From a bacterium (GTDB taxonomy: Bacteria; Krumholzibacteriota; Krumholzibacteriia; LZORAL124-64-63): a stretch of 64,000 nucleotides of DNA. How positions within the stretch are numbered: the stretch's first letter is position 1; each line of letters opens with the position of its first letter. The stretch spans positions 64,001-128,000 of the forward strand of contig JANOEP010000010.1 in assembly GCA_031441465.1 (NCBI GenBank), in the 5' to 3' direction. The notes beneath the pieces were generated by a model. It had not been told where the DNA came from, made no database searches, and saw nothing but the letters and a program-made list of their open reading frames with translations. Of the stretch, positions 20,711 to 31,162 are shown piece by piece. The translations under genes were made by a program, and so were the position numbers.

Positions 20711-20751
20711 CGCCCAACCTCCTGAAAAGACCGTGCGGCGCGGCGCCACAC

Positions 20752-20844
20752 AAAAAAAGCGGACATGACGGTCCGCTACGATGAACGCGCAACCGTTCCC
20801 GCCGCGAAGGGGGCAAAACGGTGAGAGGACCGGCCTCTACTTGG
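20752..20844 (-). promoter_or_regulatory. L20-leader-like attenuator upstream of infC-rpmI-rplT
   Basis: AAGTAGAGG-CCGGT-CCTCTCACC hairpin, a second stem, then terminator AGCGGAC-CGTCAT-GTCCGCT with a T run. CGGTCC/GGACCG offers an alternative pairing. Confidence 0.7.
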
Positions 20845-20884
20845 CTCGTGATGTCGCGCCCGGCGATCCGGGCACCGGACCAAT

Positions 20885-22804
20885 CTACAGCTTGCGGGCC
20901 ACTTCGTCAAGCCGGGAGGCGGCGAACTCCGCCACCGTCTGGACCCCCAGGTCCCCGCCGCGCCGGGCGCGGACGGACACGGTCCCGGCCCCCTGCTCCT
21001 TGCCCCCCACCACCAGCATGTAGGGCACGCGCATGGTCTCGGCGTCGCGGATCTTGTGCCCGATCTTCTCCTCGCGGACGTCCGCCTGGGCCCGCAGGCC
21101 GGCAGCGGTCAGCTGGGCGGCGACCTCGCCGGCGTAGGCGTGCTGGTCGCGGCTGACGGACAGGATCCGGCACTGCTCCGGCGCCAGCCAGAGGGGGAAA
21201 TCGCCCGCGTAGTGCTCGGTCAGGATGCCGATGAAGCGCTCCAGCGAGCCCATGATCGCCCGGTGCACCATGTAGACGTACTTCTCCTGCCCGTCCTGGT
21301 CGACGTAGTTCACTTCGAAACGCCGCGGCAGGTTGAAGTCGAACTGGACGGTCGTGGCCTGCCACTTGCGGCCCAGGGCGTCGATCAGCTTGATGTCGAT
21401 CTTGGGCCCGTAGAAGACGGCCTCGCCCTCCTCGCGCGTGTAGGCGAACCCGTGCGCCTCGATGGCGCGCAGCAGCGCCCGCTCCGCCATCTCCCACTCC
21501 TCGTCCGTGCCGGCGTACTTGTCCTTGTTCAGCGGGTCGCGGACCGACAGCTCGACCTTGAACTCGTGGAAGCCGAAGGCCCCAAGGATCTCCCGGGTCA
21601 GCACCAGGACGTTGTTCACCTCGCGCTCGAGCTGGTCGGGGGTGCAGAAGATGTGGGCGTCGTCCTGGGTGAAGCCGCGCACGCGCATCAGCCCGTGCAG
21701 GGTCCCCTTCAGCTCGGCGCGGTAGACGGTGCCCAGCTCGGCGTAGCGCACCGGCAGGTTCCGGTAGCTGCGCTTCTTGCGCTTGTAGATCAGGATGTGG
21801 CCGGGGCAGTTCATCGGCTTCACGACGTGCGGCCGGCCGTCCTGCTCGAACACGTACATGTTCTCGCGGTAGAACTGCATGTGGCCCGACGTGTCCCAGA
21901 GGTCGGCCTGCGAGATGTGGGGGGTCGTCACCGTGACGTAGCCGTCGCGCCGGTGGACCTGCTTCCAGTAGGTGATGATCTCGTCGCGCAGGATGTCGCC
22001 GCGGGGGAACCAGAACGAGAGGCCGGGCCCGGCCTCGTCCATGATGCCGTAGAGATCGAGTTCGCGGCCGAGCTTGCGGTGGTCCCGGCGGCGGGCCTCC
22101 TCGAGCATCAGCAGGTGGGCATCGAGGTCCTTCTTCTTGAAGAAGGCCGTGCCGTAGATCCGCTGCAGCTGGCGGTTCGCGCTGTCGCCGCGCCAGTAGG
22201 CGCCGGCCATGTTCAGCAGCTTGACCGCCTTCAGCTCGGAGGTGTCCGGGACGTGCGGGCCCTCGCACAGGTCCGTGAAGGCGCCCATGGCGTAGGCCGA
22301 CAGCCGGACGTCGCCGAGGCTTTCGATCTGCTCGAGCTTGTAGGGCTGGGCGGCGAACAGGGCGCGCGCCTCCCCCGCGTCGATCTCGCGGCGCAGCACC
22401 GGCGCCTTCGTCGCGGCGAGTTCGATCATCCGCGCCTCGATGCGGGCCAGGTCCTCGTCGGTGAAGGGCTGCTCGCGGTCGAAGTCGTAGTAGAAGCCGT
22501 TCTCCACGGGCGGGCCGAAGGCGAACTTCGTCTCCGGGAACAGGTCCTGCACCGCCCAGGCCAGCAGGTGCGCGGCCGAGTGGCGCAGGGCGTCCAGGCC
22601 CGCGGGCGATTCGCGCGTGATGACGGCGAGGGACCCGTCGCCCGGGACCGCGTCCTCGAGCGCGTAGTGGCGCCCCGCGTGGGTCACGGCCAGCGCGTTG
22701 CGCAGCAGGCCCGCGCCGATGCCGCCCACCACGTCGCGGAACGATGCGCCGGCCTCGGCGCGCTGGACGGAACCGTCGGGCAGGGTCAGGGAGAACTGGG
22801 CCAT
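20885..22804 (-). CDS. thrS: Threonine-tRNA ligase
   Basis: TGS domain, RHSAAHL, DLCEGPH, RDHRKLG, KPMNCPGH, RVRGFTQDDAH, FYGPKID. Confidence 0.98.
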   Translation of the reverse strand: MAQFSLTLPDGSVQRAEAGASFRDVVGGIGAGLLRNALAVTHAGRHYALEDAVPGDGSLAVITRESPAGLDALRHSAAHLLAWAVQDLFPETKFAFGPPVENGFYYDFDREQPFTDEDLARIEARMIELAATKAPVLRREIDAGEARALFAAQPYKLEQIESLGDVRLSAYAMGAFTDLCEGPHVPDTSELKAVKLLNMAGAYWRGDSANRQLQRIYGTAFFKKKDLDAHLLMLEEARRRDHRKLGRELDLYGIMDEAGPGLSFWFPRGDILRDEIITYWKQVHRRDGYVTVTTPHISQADLWDTSGHMQFYRENMYVFEQDGRPHVVKPMNCPGHILIYKRKKRSYRNLPVRYAELGTVYRAELKGTLHGLMRVRGFTQDDAHIFCTPDQLEREVNNVLVLTREILGAFGFHEFKVELSVRDPLNKDKYAGTDEEWEMAERALLRAIEAHGFAYTREEGEAVFYGPKIDIKLIDALGRKWQATTVQFDFNLPRRFEVNYVDQDGQEKYVYMVHRAIMGSLERFIGILTEHYAGDFPLWLAPEQCRILSVSRDQHAYAGEVAAQLTAAGLRAQADVREEKIGHKIRDAETMRVPYMLVVGGKEQGAGTVSVRARRGGDLGVQTVAEFAASRLDEVARKL

Positions 22805-22872
22805 GACTGCGCTCCTGAGGCGGCGCCGTCGCGACGGCGCCCGGTAAGTCGATCCCATCGTCCGCGGTACTT

Positions 22873-22907
22873 AAAAAGATGAGGTGATCCCGGGGGCCAC
22901 CTCATCC
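22873..22907 (-). terminator. Intrinsic terminator after tRNA-Val
   Basis: GATGAGGTGG...TCACCTCATC stem followed by TTTTT on the minus strand. Confidence 0.75.
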
Positions 22908-22919
22908 TTGGCAACTGAT

Positions 22920-22996
22920 TGGTGGGCGATACTGGATTCGAACCAGTGACCCCTTGCGTGTCGAGCAAGTACTCTAGCCAACTGAGCTAATCGCCC
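22920..22996 (-). tRNA. tRNA-Val(GAC)
   Basis: GGGCGATTAGCTCAG...CTTGC-TC-GAC-AC-GCAAG...GGTTCGAATCC...ATCGCCCACCA. TTGACA-N17-TAGTTT promoter upstream. Confidence 0.97.
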
Positions 22997-23062
22997 ACTT
23001 TCGAGCAGGTCGAACCTGCGCGCCGCCGAAACTAGGCCCCGGCGACGGGCCTGTCAACCCCT

Positions 23063-23920
23063 TTAGGACAGATAGTCGACCAGCCGGCCGCCGGCGACGG
23101 CCTGCCGGATCCTGCCGAGCGCCTGGTTGCGGATCTGGCGGACCCGCTCACGGCTGAGGTCGATGTCCTGACCGATGACCTCGAGGGACTGCGGCTCGTC
23201 CTCACCGATCCCGTAGTAGCGCACGATGATGCTGCGCTCGCGCGGCGAAAGCAGCCCCAGGGCCGCCTCCATCTCCTTGAGCATCTCGCCCTCGACGAAG
23301 TTCGACTCGGGCGACATGGCGTCCGGGTCGGTGAGCGTGTCGGCGAGGGTCACGCCCTCCTCCTCGTAGACGCTCTCGTCGAGGCTGGCCAGCGGACGGC
23401 TCGCGTTGCGGATCTGGTTCATCTTGCGCGTCGTGAGGCCCAGCTCGGAGGCGATCTCCTGCTCGTCCGCCTTGCGGTGGTGCTTCTGCTCGAGGCGCTG
23501 GGCCGCCTTCTTCATGCGCTGGGCCTGCTGCGTGCGGTTGATGGGCAGGCGCACGGTGTTGGTCTGCTCGGCGATGGCCTTCTGGATGGCCTGGCGGATC
23601 CACCAGACGGCGTAGGAGATGAACCGGAAGTCGCGGCGCTCGTCGAAGCGCTTCGCGGCCGTGATCAAGCCGATGTTGCCCTCGGCGATCAGGTCCATGT
23701 AGCTGAGGCCCTGGTTGAGGAACTTCTTGGCCACGCTCACCACGAACCTGAGGTTGGCGTTGACCAGATGGTCGAGGGCTTCCTTGCTGCCGACCCGGAT
23801 CCGGCGGGCCAGCTCGAATTCCTCTTCCTTGGTCAGCAGCTTGTACTGGCCGATGGTCTGCAGGTAGTGCTGCAGGCTGGAATCCTCGCGTCGGTCGCTG
23901 CTCAGCTCGATCTCGTACAC
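23063..23920 (-). CDS. RpoD/SigA-family sigma factor lacking region 1.1 (alternative sigma)
   Basis: YLQTIG (region 1.2), ANLRFVVSVAKK, DLIAEGNIGL, FISYAVWWIRQAI, SRERVRQI. Start assigned to GTG after a GAGGAGG RBS. Confidence 0.92.
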   Translation of the reverse strand: MYEIELSSDRREDSSLQHYLQTIGQYKLLTKEEEFELARRIRVGSKEALDHLVNANLRFVVSVAKKFLNQGLSYMDLIAEGNIGLITAAKRFDERRDFRFISYAVWWIRQAIQKAIAEQTNTVRLPINRTQQAQRMKKAAQRLEQKHHRKADEQEIASELGLTTRKMNQIRNASRPLASLDESVYEEEGVTLADTLTDPDAMSPESNFVEGEMLKEMEAALGLLSPRERSIIVRYYGIGEDEPQSLEVIGQDIDLSRERVRQIRNQALGRIRQAVAGGRLVDYLS

Positions 23921-24072
23921 GGCTGTCCTCCTCGCTCCGCCCGCCCTGCCGGTTTCCCGGTCCGTCCCACCGACCGGCTGCCGCCGATCTTGTGGTCCTG
24001 AGAACGCATCCCGGTGATCCAGGTTCCCACTTTCGTGACTTTGAATATTGTATTCAATATCGCGACGCAAGA

Positions 24073-24101
24073 ATTCTAGATGACCGGGAGTTGGGTGTCA
24101 A
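24073..24101 (-). promoter_or_regulatory. Sigma70 promoter of the sigma factor gene
   Basis: TTGACA-N17-TAGAAT on the minus strand. Confidence 0.75.
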
Positions 24102-24196
24102 GATTAATCTTCCCTTTTTAATCCACTTTTAACCCCGCGCATGACTGGGCTGGCTAACCGCCAGCCCAGTCATCAGATAGCATCTGCCGGCGGGGT

Positions 24197-26116
<1,920 letters not shown>

Positions 26117-26294
26117 GATCGCCTTCCTTCCGGAGCGAGAAATGTGGGAATCCCCGGGAACCCCATCAAGGGGCGTGCCACGCGGCGCCCGGCAACCCGC
26201 TGTTTATATTATTGTCATTATTGAAGTTATGAAATCCGAGCGCAGGGCGGCCGTCGGGACCGCGCCGGACGTCTGCCATCATGACATGATTGCG

Positions 26295-27266
26295 TCAGGT
26301 GCCGTCACGGCTGGGGGAATCTGACATGGGATCTGTCAGTCCCTGGCAGTACGCTGTCAGGACCAACAAATCCATGCAACGGGCGTAGGCGCGGAAGGCC
26401 AGGGGACGGTGGCCGGCTCCGCAGGGCCAGTTCGCGGTCAGGCCTCGCAGGACGCCGGCGAGGGCCAATGCAGGCAGGCGCCCGCCACGGCAGCGCGGCC
26501 GGGGCTCCCCGCCCCCTGCGGCGAACAAGAGGTCGAGGCGCATCTCCCGCAGCCGGTGCGGGTGGCGGCGCGCCAGGTGCTGCAGGGGGCCGTGGCCGCA
26601 TTCCCGCTTCTTGGCCAGCCACTGGTCGAGCGTGTGGTGGTGGGCGTGTTCGGGCACCGGCGCGCGCAACGGCCGGAAGCGGACCCCGGCGTCCTCGAGC
26701 CGGAATCCCAGGTCCATGTCCTCGAACCCGTAGGCCCGGAACGATTCGTCGAAGCCGCCAACCTCCAGGAAAGCGGCCCGCGGCACGGAGGTGTTCTGGG
26801 TGACGAGGTAGCGTGCCGGCACCGTGTCCCCGCTCGTCTTGGCGACGCCCCGCGTGTCGAGGTAGTGGAAATGCGGCGCGTCGATCACGTCGCCGGCGGT
26901 GCGGACCAGCCCGATGACCCCGTCGCCGGGGTGGCTCTCCAACAGCGCGCGATGGGCGCTGAGCAGGTCCGGCGTCGCGACGATGTCGTCGTCCAGGAAC
27001 AGCACCGCCTCGCCGGTCGCCGCGCGCGCGCCCAGGTTGCGCGCGGCGGCCCGGCCGACGTTGCGCGCGGGAGCGACGACGGACAGCCGCCCCCCCCAGC
27101 CGTCGCGGGCGGCCTGCAGCCAGGCCCCGGTGCCGTCGTGGGAGTCGTCGTCGACCACGACGACGTCCCAGGCGTCGGCGGCCAGGTCCTGGCGCGCCAG
27201 CGCCTGCAACGTCCGTTGCAGCAGCGGGAGCTTGTCGCGACTGGGGATGACCACGGTCAGCCTCAT
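26295..27266 (-). CDS. Glycosyltransferase family 2
   Basis: LTVVIP, VVVDDDSHDGT, AARNLG, FLDDD, GGFDE, EDMDLGFRL. Confidence 0.9.
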   Translation of the reverse strand: MRLTVVIPSRDKLPLLQRTLQALARQDLAADAWDVVVVDDDSHDGTGAWLQAARDGWGGRLSVVAPARNVGRAAARNLGARAATGEAVLFLDDDIVATPDLLSAHRALLESHPGDGVIGLVRTAGDVIDAPHFHYLDTRGVAKTSGDTVPARYLVTQNTSVPRAAFLEVGGFDESFRAYGFEDMDLGFRLEDAGVRFRPLRAPVPEHAHHHTLDQWLAKKRECGHGPLQHLARRHPHRLREMRLDLLFAAGGGEPRPRCRGGRLPALALAGVLRGLTANWPCGAGHRPLAFRAYARCMDLLVLTAYCQGLTDPMSDSPSRDGT

Positions 27267-28408
27267 GGCCGGCTCGCCTGTCCCTGCAGCGCCGGCAGGC
27301 CGACCTCGCGGGGCCAGGCGTCCCGCCCGTGGACCAGGGAGAGCACGATCGCCTCGGCATACGACATGTTCTGGGAGAAGCCGGCCTCGCGGTGCGCCAG
27401 CGCCAGTGCCGCGTCGCCGCACCGCCCGCGCAGCTCCGGTTCGGCGGCGAAACGCAGCAGCGCGGCGGTCAGGGCGTCGGCGCTGCGGGGCGGGACCACC
27501 AGACCGGTGACCCCGTCGCGGATCCACTCGGTGGAGGATGGCAGGCTCGAGACCACGATGGCCCGGCCGCAGCTCATGGCTTCCAGCAAGCTGACCGCCG
27601 TGGCGTCGACCGAGGGCACCGAGACGAAGGCGTCGCAGGCGTTCAACGCGGTCGCGAACTCGTCGTGCGGGATGCGCCCGAGGAACCGGGTGACGCCGCC
27701 GATGCCCGCCCGTTCGGCGAGCGCCCAGAACGGGGCCGGGTCGCCTTCGTAGCCCGAGAAGAGGAATCGGGCCCGCGGCTCGCGGCGCATCACGGCCGCC
27801 GCGGCCTCGATCACCACGTCGATGTTGTAGTAGGGCTGGGTGAACGAGCGCGGCGAGAAAACCAGGAAGTCCCCGTCGTCGAAGCCGTGCTCGCGCCGCC
27901 ACGCCGGCGCCGCCTGCGGCCGGAAGCGCGTGAAGTCCACGCCCCACAGGACCCGGAAGGAGCGGTCCGGGCGGGCGCCGAGTTGCACGGCGGCTTCCAG
28001 GATGTCCCGGGAGTCTCCGGTCAGGGCGTCGCAGGAACGCAGCGCGGCCGAGGCCAGCCAGCGTTTCAGGGGCGACTCGTGCGGCGTCACGTAGACGTCG
28101 TCGCCCCAGACTGTCAGCAGGTTCGGGTGGCAGCCGCTGAAGTGCCCCCAGTAGCCGTAGCCCGTCAGGAAGTGCGTGTTCAGCAGGTCGGGGCGCAGGT
28201 CGGCCAGCAGGCGGCGCACGAGACGCAGCGAGGCGGCGTAGCGCAGGGGCTTCGGTCCGGCGCCGGCGCGGATGTCGTGGACCGTGACGCCGGGCACCTC
28301 CCCCGGCTGGACCGTCAGCAGGTGGCAGTCGTGGCCGCGTTCGGCGAACCAGGTGATCCAGCGCTCGGTGTGGATGTGGCGGCCGATGGACAGGAAGGCC
28401 AGGCGCAC
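27263..28408 (-). CDS. Glycosyltransferase family 4 (GT-B)
   Basis: PDLLNTH, GVDFTRFRP, SVPSVDATAVSLLEAMSCG, GVTGLVVPP. Confidence 0.88.
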   Translation of the reverse strand: MRLAFLSIGRHIHTERWITWFAERGHDCHLLTVQPGEVPGVTVHDIRAGAGPKPLRYAASLRLVRRLLADLRPDLLNTHFLTGYGYWGHFSGCHPNLLTVWGDDVYVTPHESPLKRWLASAALRSCDALTGDSRDILEAAVQLGARPDRSFRVLWGVDFTRFRPQAAPAWRREHGFDDGDFLVFSPRSFTQPYYNIDVVIEAAAAVMRREPRARFLFSGYEGDPAPFWALAERAGIGGVTRFLGRIPHDEFATALNACDAFVSVPSVDATAVSLLEAMSCGRAIVVSSLPSSTEWIRDGVTGLVVPPRSADALTAALLRFAAEPELRGRCGDAALALAHREAGFSQNMSYAEAIVLSLVHGRDAWPREVGLPALQGQASRP

Positions 28409-28461
28409 GTCGATCCTCCCTGATCAGCCCGCTCGCGCGACAGGCTTAGTGCCGGTAATTC

Positions 28462-28549
28462 TGGTGCCGAGGGCCGGGCTCGAACCGGCACGGAGCAACG
28501 CTCCGAGGGATTTTAAGTCCCTTGCGTCTACCAATTTCGCCACCCCGGC
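28462..28549 (-). tRNA. tRNA-Leu(TAA)
   Basis: GCCGGGGTGGCGAAATTGGTAGACGC...AGGGA-CT-TAA-AA-TCCCT, long variable arm, CCA end. Confidence 0.97.
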
Positions 28550-28638
28550 GCCGTCGCGGATCATCGGGCAAGACGTGTCGCCTGTCAACGCGAGCCGCCC
28601 GGCGGTTGTGATCGGCGGGACGGGGGGCGACTGGACGG

Positions 28639-28670
28639 AAAAAGAACGACCGGCCCGAAGGCCGGTCGTC
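28639..28670 (-). terminator. Intrinsic terminator after tRNA-Cys
   Basis: ACGACCGGCC-TTCG-GGCCGGTCGT followed by TCTTTTT. Confidence 0.8.
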
Positions 28671-28675
28671 GACGC

Positions 28676-28750
28676 TGGAGGCGGCACCCGGACTTGAACC
28701 GGGGAATAACGGTTTTGCAGACCGTTGCCTTACCACTTGGCTATGCCGCC
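28676..28750 (-). tRNA. tRNA-Cys(GCA)
   Basis: GGCGGCATAGCCAAGTGGTAAGGC...ACGGT-CT-GCA-AA-ACCGT...GCCGCCTCCA. Confidence 0.97.
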
Positions 28751-28833
28751 CCGCAAGGCTGCCTCACAGAATGAGCGGTGGACCGCCCCCTGTCAAGGGG
28801 GCGGCCCCTGACTCAACGGCGGCCCTGGCCCCT

Positions 28834-29931
28834 TTATCCCTGGCCGAACCCGCGGCGGCGGTCGTAGACGCGGCCGTCGTCGTGGCAGCCGGCGCAGTCG
28901 GGCTTCTGGCCCATCCCCGCCGTGTGGCAATCCTCGCAGGACAGCTCGCCGTGGGTGTCGTCCAGGGGCGCGCCCACCTTCGCGTGGTCGAAGCCGGCGC
29001 CCCAGCCCTGCGCGTGGCAGGACGAGCAGGTGCGGTCCTGGGCCACGTAGATATTGGCGTCGCCGTGGCAGGCCCGGCACTGGAGCTTGCCGTGGTACGA
29101 CTGCAGGGGCCAGCCCGTCGACGCGTGGTCGAACAGGTCCGTCGCCTTGCGGCCGTGGCATTCGGTGCAGTTCTGCTTGCCGTGGCACTGGTAGCAGGTG
29201 TCGTGGAGGTTGACCTTCTGCAGTTCGCCCATGGGGTGCGATTCGGCGCCGTGGGTGTGGCAGCGGGCGCAGCTCTGCTCCTTGTGGCAGTTGGAGCAGT
29301 TCAGCTCGTACTTCTCGGCGTGGTTGCGGTGGTGGAAGGGCACGACGTCGCCGGCGGCGTACGAGGTCGAGAAGACGATCAACTCCTTCATCTCGATGGG
29401 CTCGTAGTTGCTGTGCTCGCAGACGCCCGTCGCCTCGCCGCCCAGGCGGCCGCCCTGCTTCTTCTCGTGGCAGTTCGCGCACTTGGTCTCGCCGTCCCAG
29501 TCGTTGTGGCAGCCGAGGCACTGGCGGTGGTAGGCGCCCTTCAGCCCCGTCTGCTTCACGGATTCCGCCTGGCCCGCGGCCGCGTGGCACTCGCGGCACG
29601 ACGGGTGGTCCGAGTTGGGCGGCGTGTAGTGGTGGCAGGTCTCGCAGCCGCCGTCCATGGCCACCATCCGCGCGTGGGCGCGGTGCTGGAAGCGGACCGG
29701 GACGTAGAGATCCTCGAGGTCGTCCAGGATGACGACGTCGGGTCCCTCGTCGGCCTGCAGCTTGGTGCTCTCGACGTGCCGCGGGCACTGCGCCTGCTTC
29801 AGGCAGGGATCGGCCTTGCTCGGCTGCGCGCAGACGTGGCACTTCGAGCAGTCGAGTCCCTGGTCCTGGCGCGCCCAGGCCGGCGCCGTCAGCGCCGCCA
29901 GGGTGGCCAGCACGAGCAACGCGTTACGCAT
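28834..29931 (-). CDS. Periplasmic multiheme cytochrome c, 13 CxxCH motifs (c3-like domains)
   Basis: Sec signal peptide, 13 counted CxxCH motifs, c3-style VRFQHRAH, PFHHRNH and LKGAYHRQC motifs. Confidence 0.93.
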   Translation of the reverse strand: MRNALLVLATLAALTAPAWARQDQGLDCSKCHVCAQPSKADPCLKQAQCPRHVESTKLQADEGPDVVILDDLEDLYVPVRFQHRAHARMVAMDGGCETCHHYTPPNSDHPSCRECHAAAGQAESVKQTGLKGAYHRQCLGCHNDWDGETKCANCHEKKQGGRLGGEATGVCEHSNYEPIEMKELIVFSTSYAAGDVVPFHHRNHAEKYELNCSNCHKEQSCARCHTHGAESHPMGELQKVNLHDTCYQCHGKQNCTECHGRKATDLFDHASTGWPLQSYHGKLQCRACHGDANIYVAQDRTCSSCHAQGWGAGFDHAKVGAPLDDTHGELSCEDCHTAGMGQKPDCAGCHDDGRVYDRRRGFGQG

Positions 29932-31162
29932 GATGAGCCTCTTTCCCCTGCCGCGACGCCGCGCCTTCGACGTGCATCACCGGGAAGTTCAGGACGACGA
30001 AGCGGTAGGCGAAGATCAGGAACGCGATCAAGCCCGTGGTGATGGCCAGCTCGCCGACGGCCGGGAAGTAGTGCTTTTCCGCGTAGACGGGCCGGAACGC
30101 GACCAGGAACACGTCGATGCGGTTCATGACCACGCCGCCGATCACCAGCGAGGCGGCGGTGAACAGCAGCCGGGGCGAGCGGCGCACGCGCGAGCTGAAG
30201 AACATCAAAAACGGCAGCACGAAGCCGACGCCCATCTCGACCAGGAACACGACCGACTGCCAGCTGCCGTCGGCGAGGCGGTACAGCTGCCCGCGCACCG
30301 CCAGGTCCATCGCCTTGGTGCTGATGAAGAAGAAGAGCAGCACCGGCAGGATCTTCGACAGCGGACCCAGGACCTCCATCTCGGGGCGGCGGCCGAAGGC
30401 GCGCGAGGCCAGGATGGACTCGAAGATCACCATGCACGGCCCCACGCAGAACGCCGACAGCAGGAACAGCAGCGGCAGCACCTGCGTCCACCACAGCGGG
30501 TGCATCTTGTAGGGGGCGATGACCATCAGGGCGCCCAGCGAGGACTGGTGCATGCAGGACAGCACCACGCCCGCGATGATGAACACGGACATGATCCGCC
30601 CCAGCGTGCGGTCGAACAGGCGCAGCAGCCCCTCGACGAACCCGTTCAGCGGGCGCAGGGCCCCGGGCAGGGCGACGCAACCGCGGAAGCGCTCGGTCAC
30701 CATCGGCAGGAACTCGATGTACAGCACCGTCAGGTAGAACATGACGCAGATGCCGACCTCGAACAGGACCGAGTGCCCCGACCACATCGACGGCATCATC
30801 GGGTGCCAGACGTTGTAGTAGCGGCCGAGGTCCGCGAGCAGCCCGATCACCACGACGGTGTAGCCCAGCATGGCCGTGATCAGGGCCGGCCTGACGATGG
30901 GCTCGAACTTCTCGCGGTGGAAGATGTGGGCGAGCGCCGCGGTGGTGAAGCCGCCGGCGGCCAGGGCCACGCCGCACGCGATGTCGATCGCGATCCAGAT
31001 GCCCCAGGGCCACTGGTCGTCGAGGTTGGTCACCGAGCCGATCCCCTTCGTGAAGCGCACCACGGCGAAGCAGAAACCCACGGCCATCAGGGCCACCAGG
31101 ACCCAGGTGCCACGGCTGAAGAACGGCACGCGGATCGGCGCCGCGTGGAGGTGGCTACTCAT
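29924..31162 (-). CDS. NrfD/HybB-family integral membrane quinone-interacting subunit
   Basis: TNLDDQWPWGIWIAID, GVALAAGGF, DLGRY, SVLFEV, SCMHQSSLG, HPLW, many TM helices. Confidence 0.92.
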   Translation of the reverse strand: MSSHLHAAPIRVPFFSRGTWVLVALMAVGFCFAVVRFTKGIGSVTNLDDQWPWGIWIAIDIACGVALAAGGFTTAALAHIFHREKFEPIVRPALITAMLGYTVVVIGLLADLGRYYNVWHPMMPSMWSGHSVLFEVGICVMFYLTVLYIEFLPMVTERFRGCVALPGALRPLNGFVEGLLRLFDRTLGRIMSVFIIAGVVLSCMHQSSLGALMVIAPYKMHPLWWTQVLPLLFLLSAFCVGPCMVIFESILASRAFGRRPEMEVLGPLSKILPVLLFFFISTKAMDLAVRGQLYRLADGSWQSVVFLVEMGVGFVLPFLMFFSSRVRRSPRLLFTAASLVIGGVVMNRIDVFLVAFRPVYAEKHYFPAVGELAITTGLIAFLIFAYRFVVLNFPVMHVEGAASRQGKEAHHA

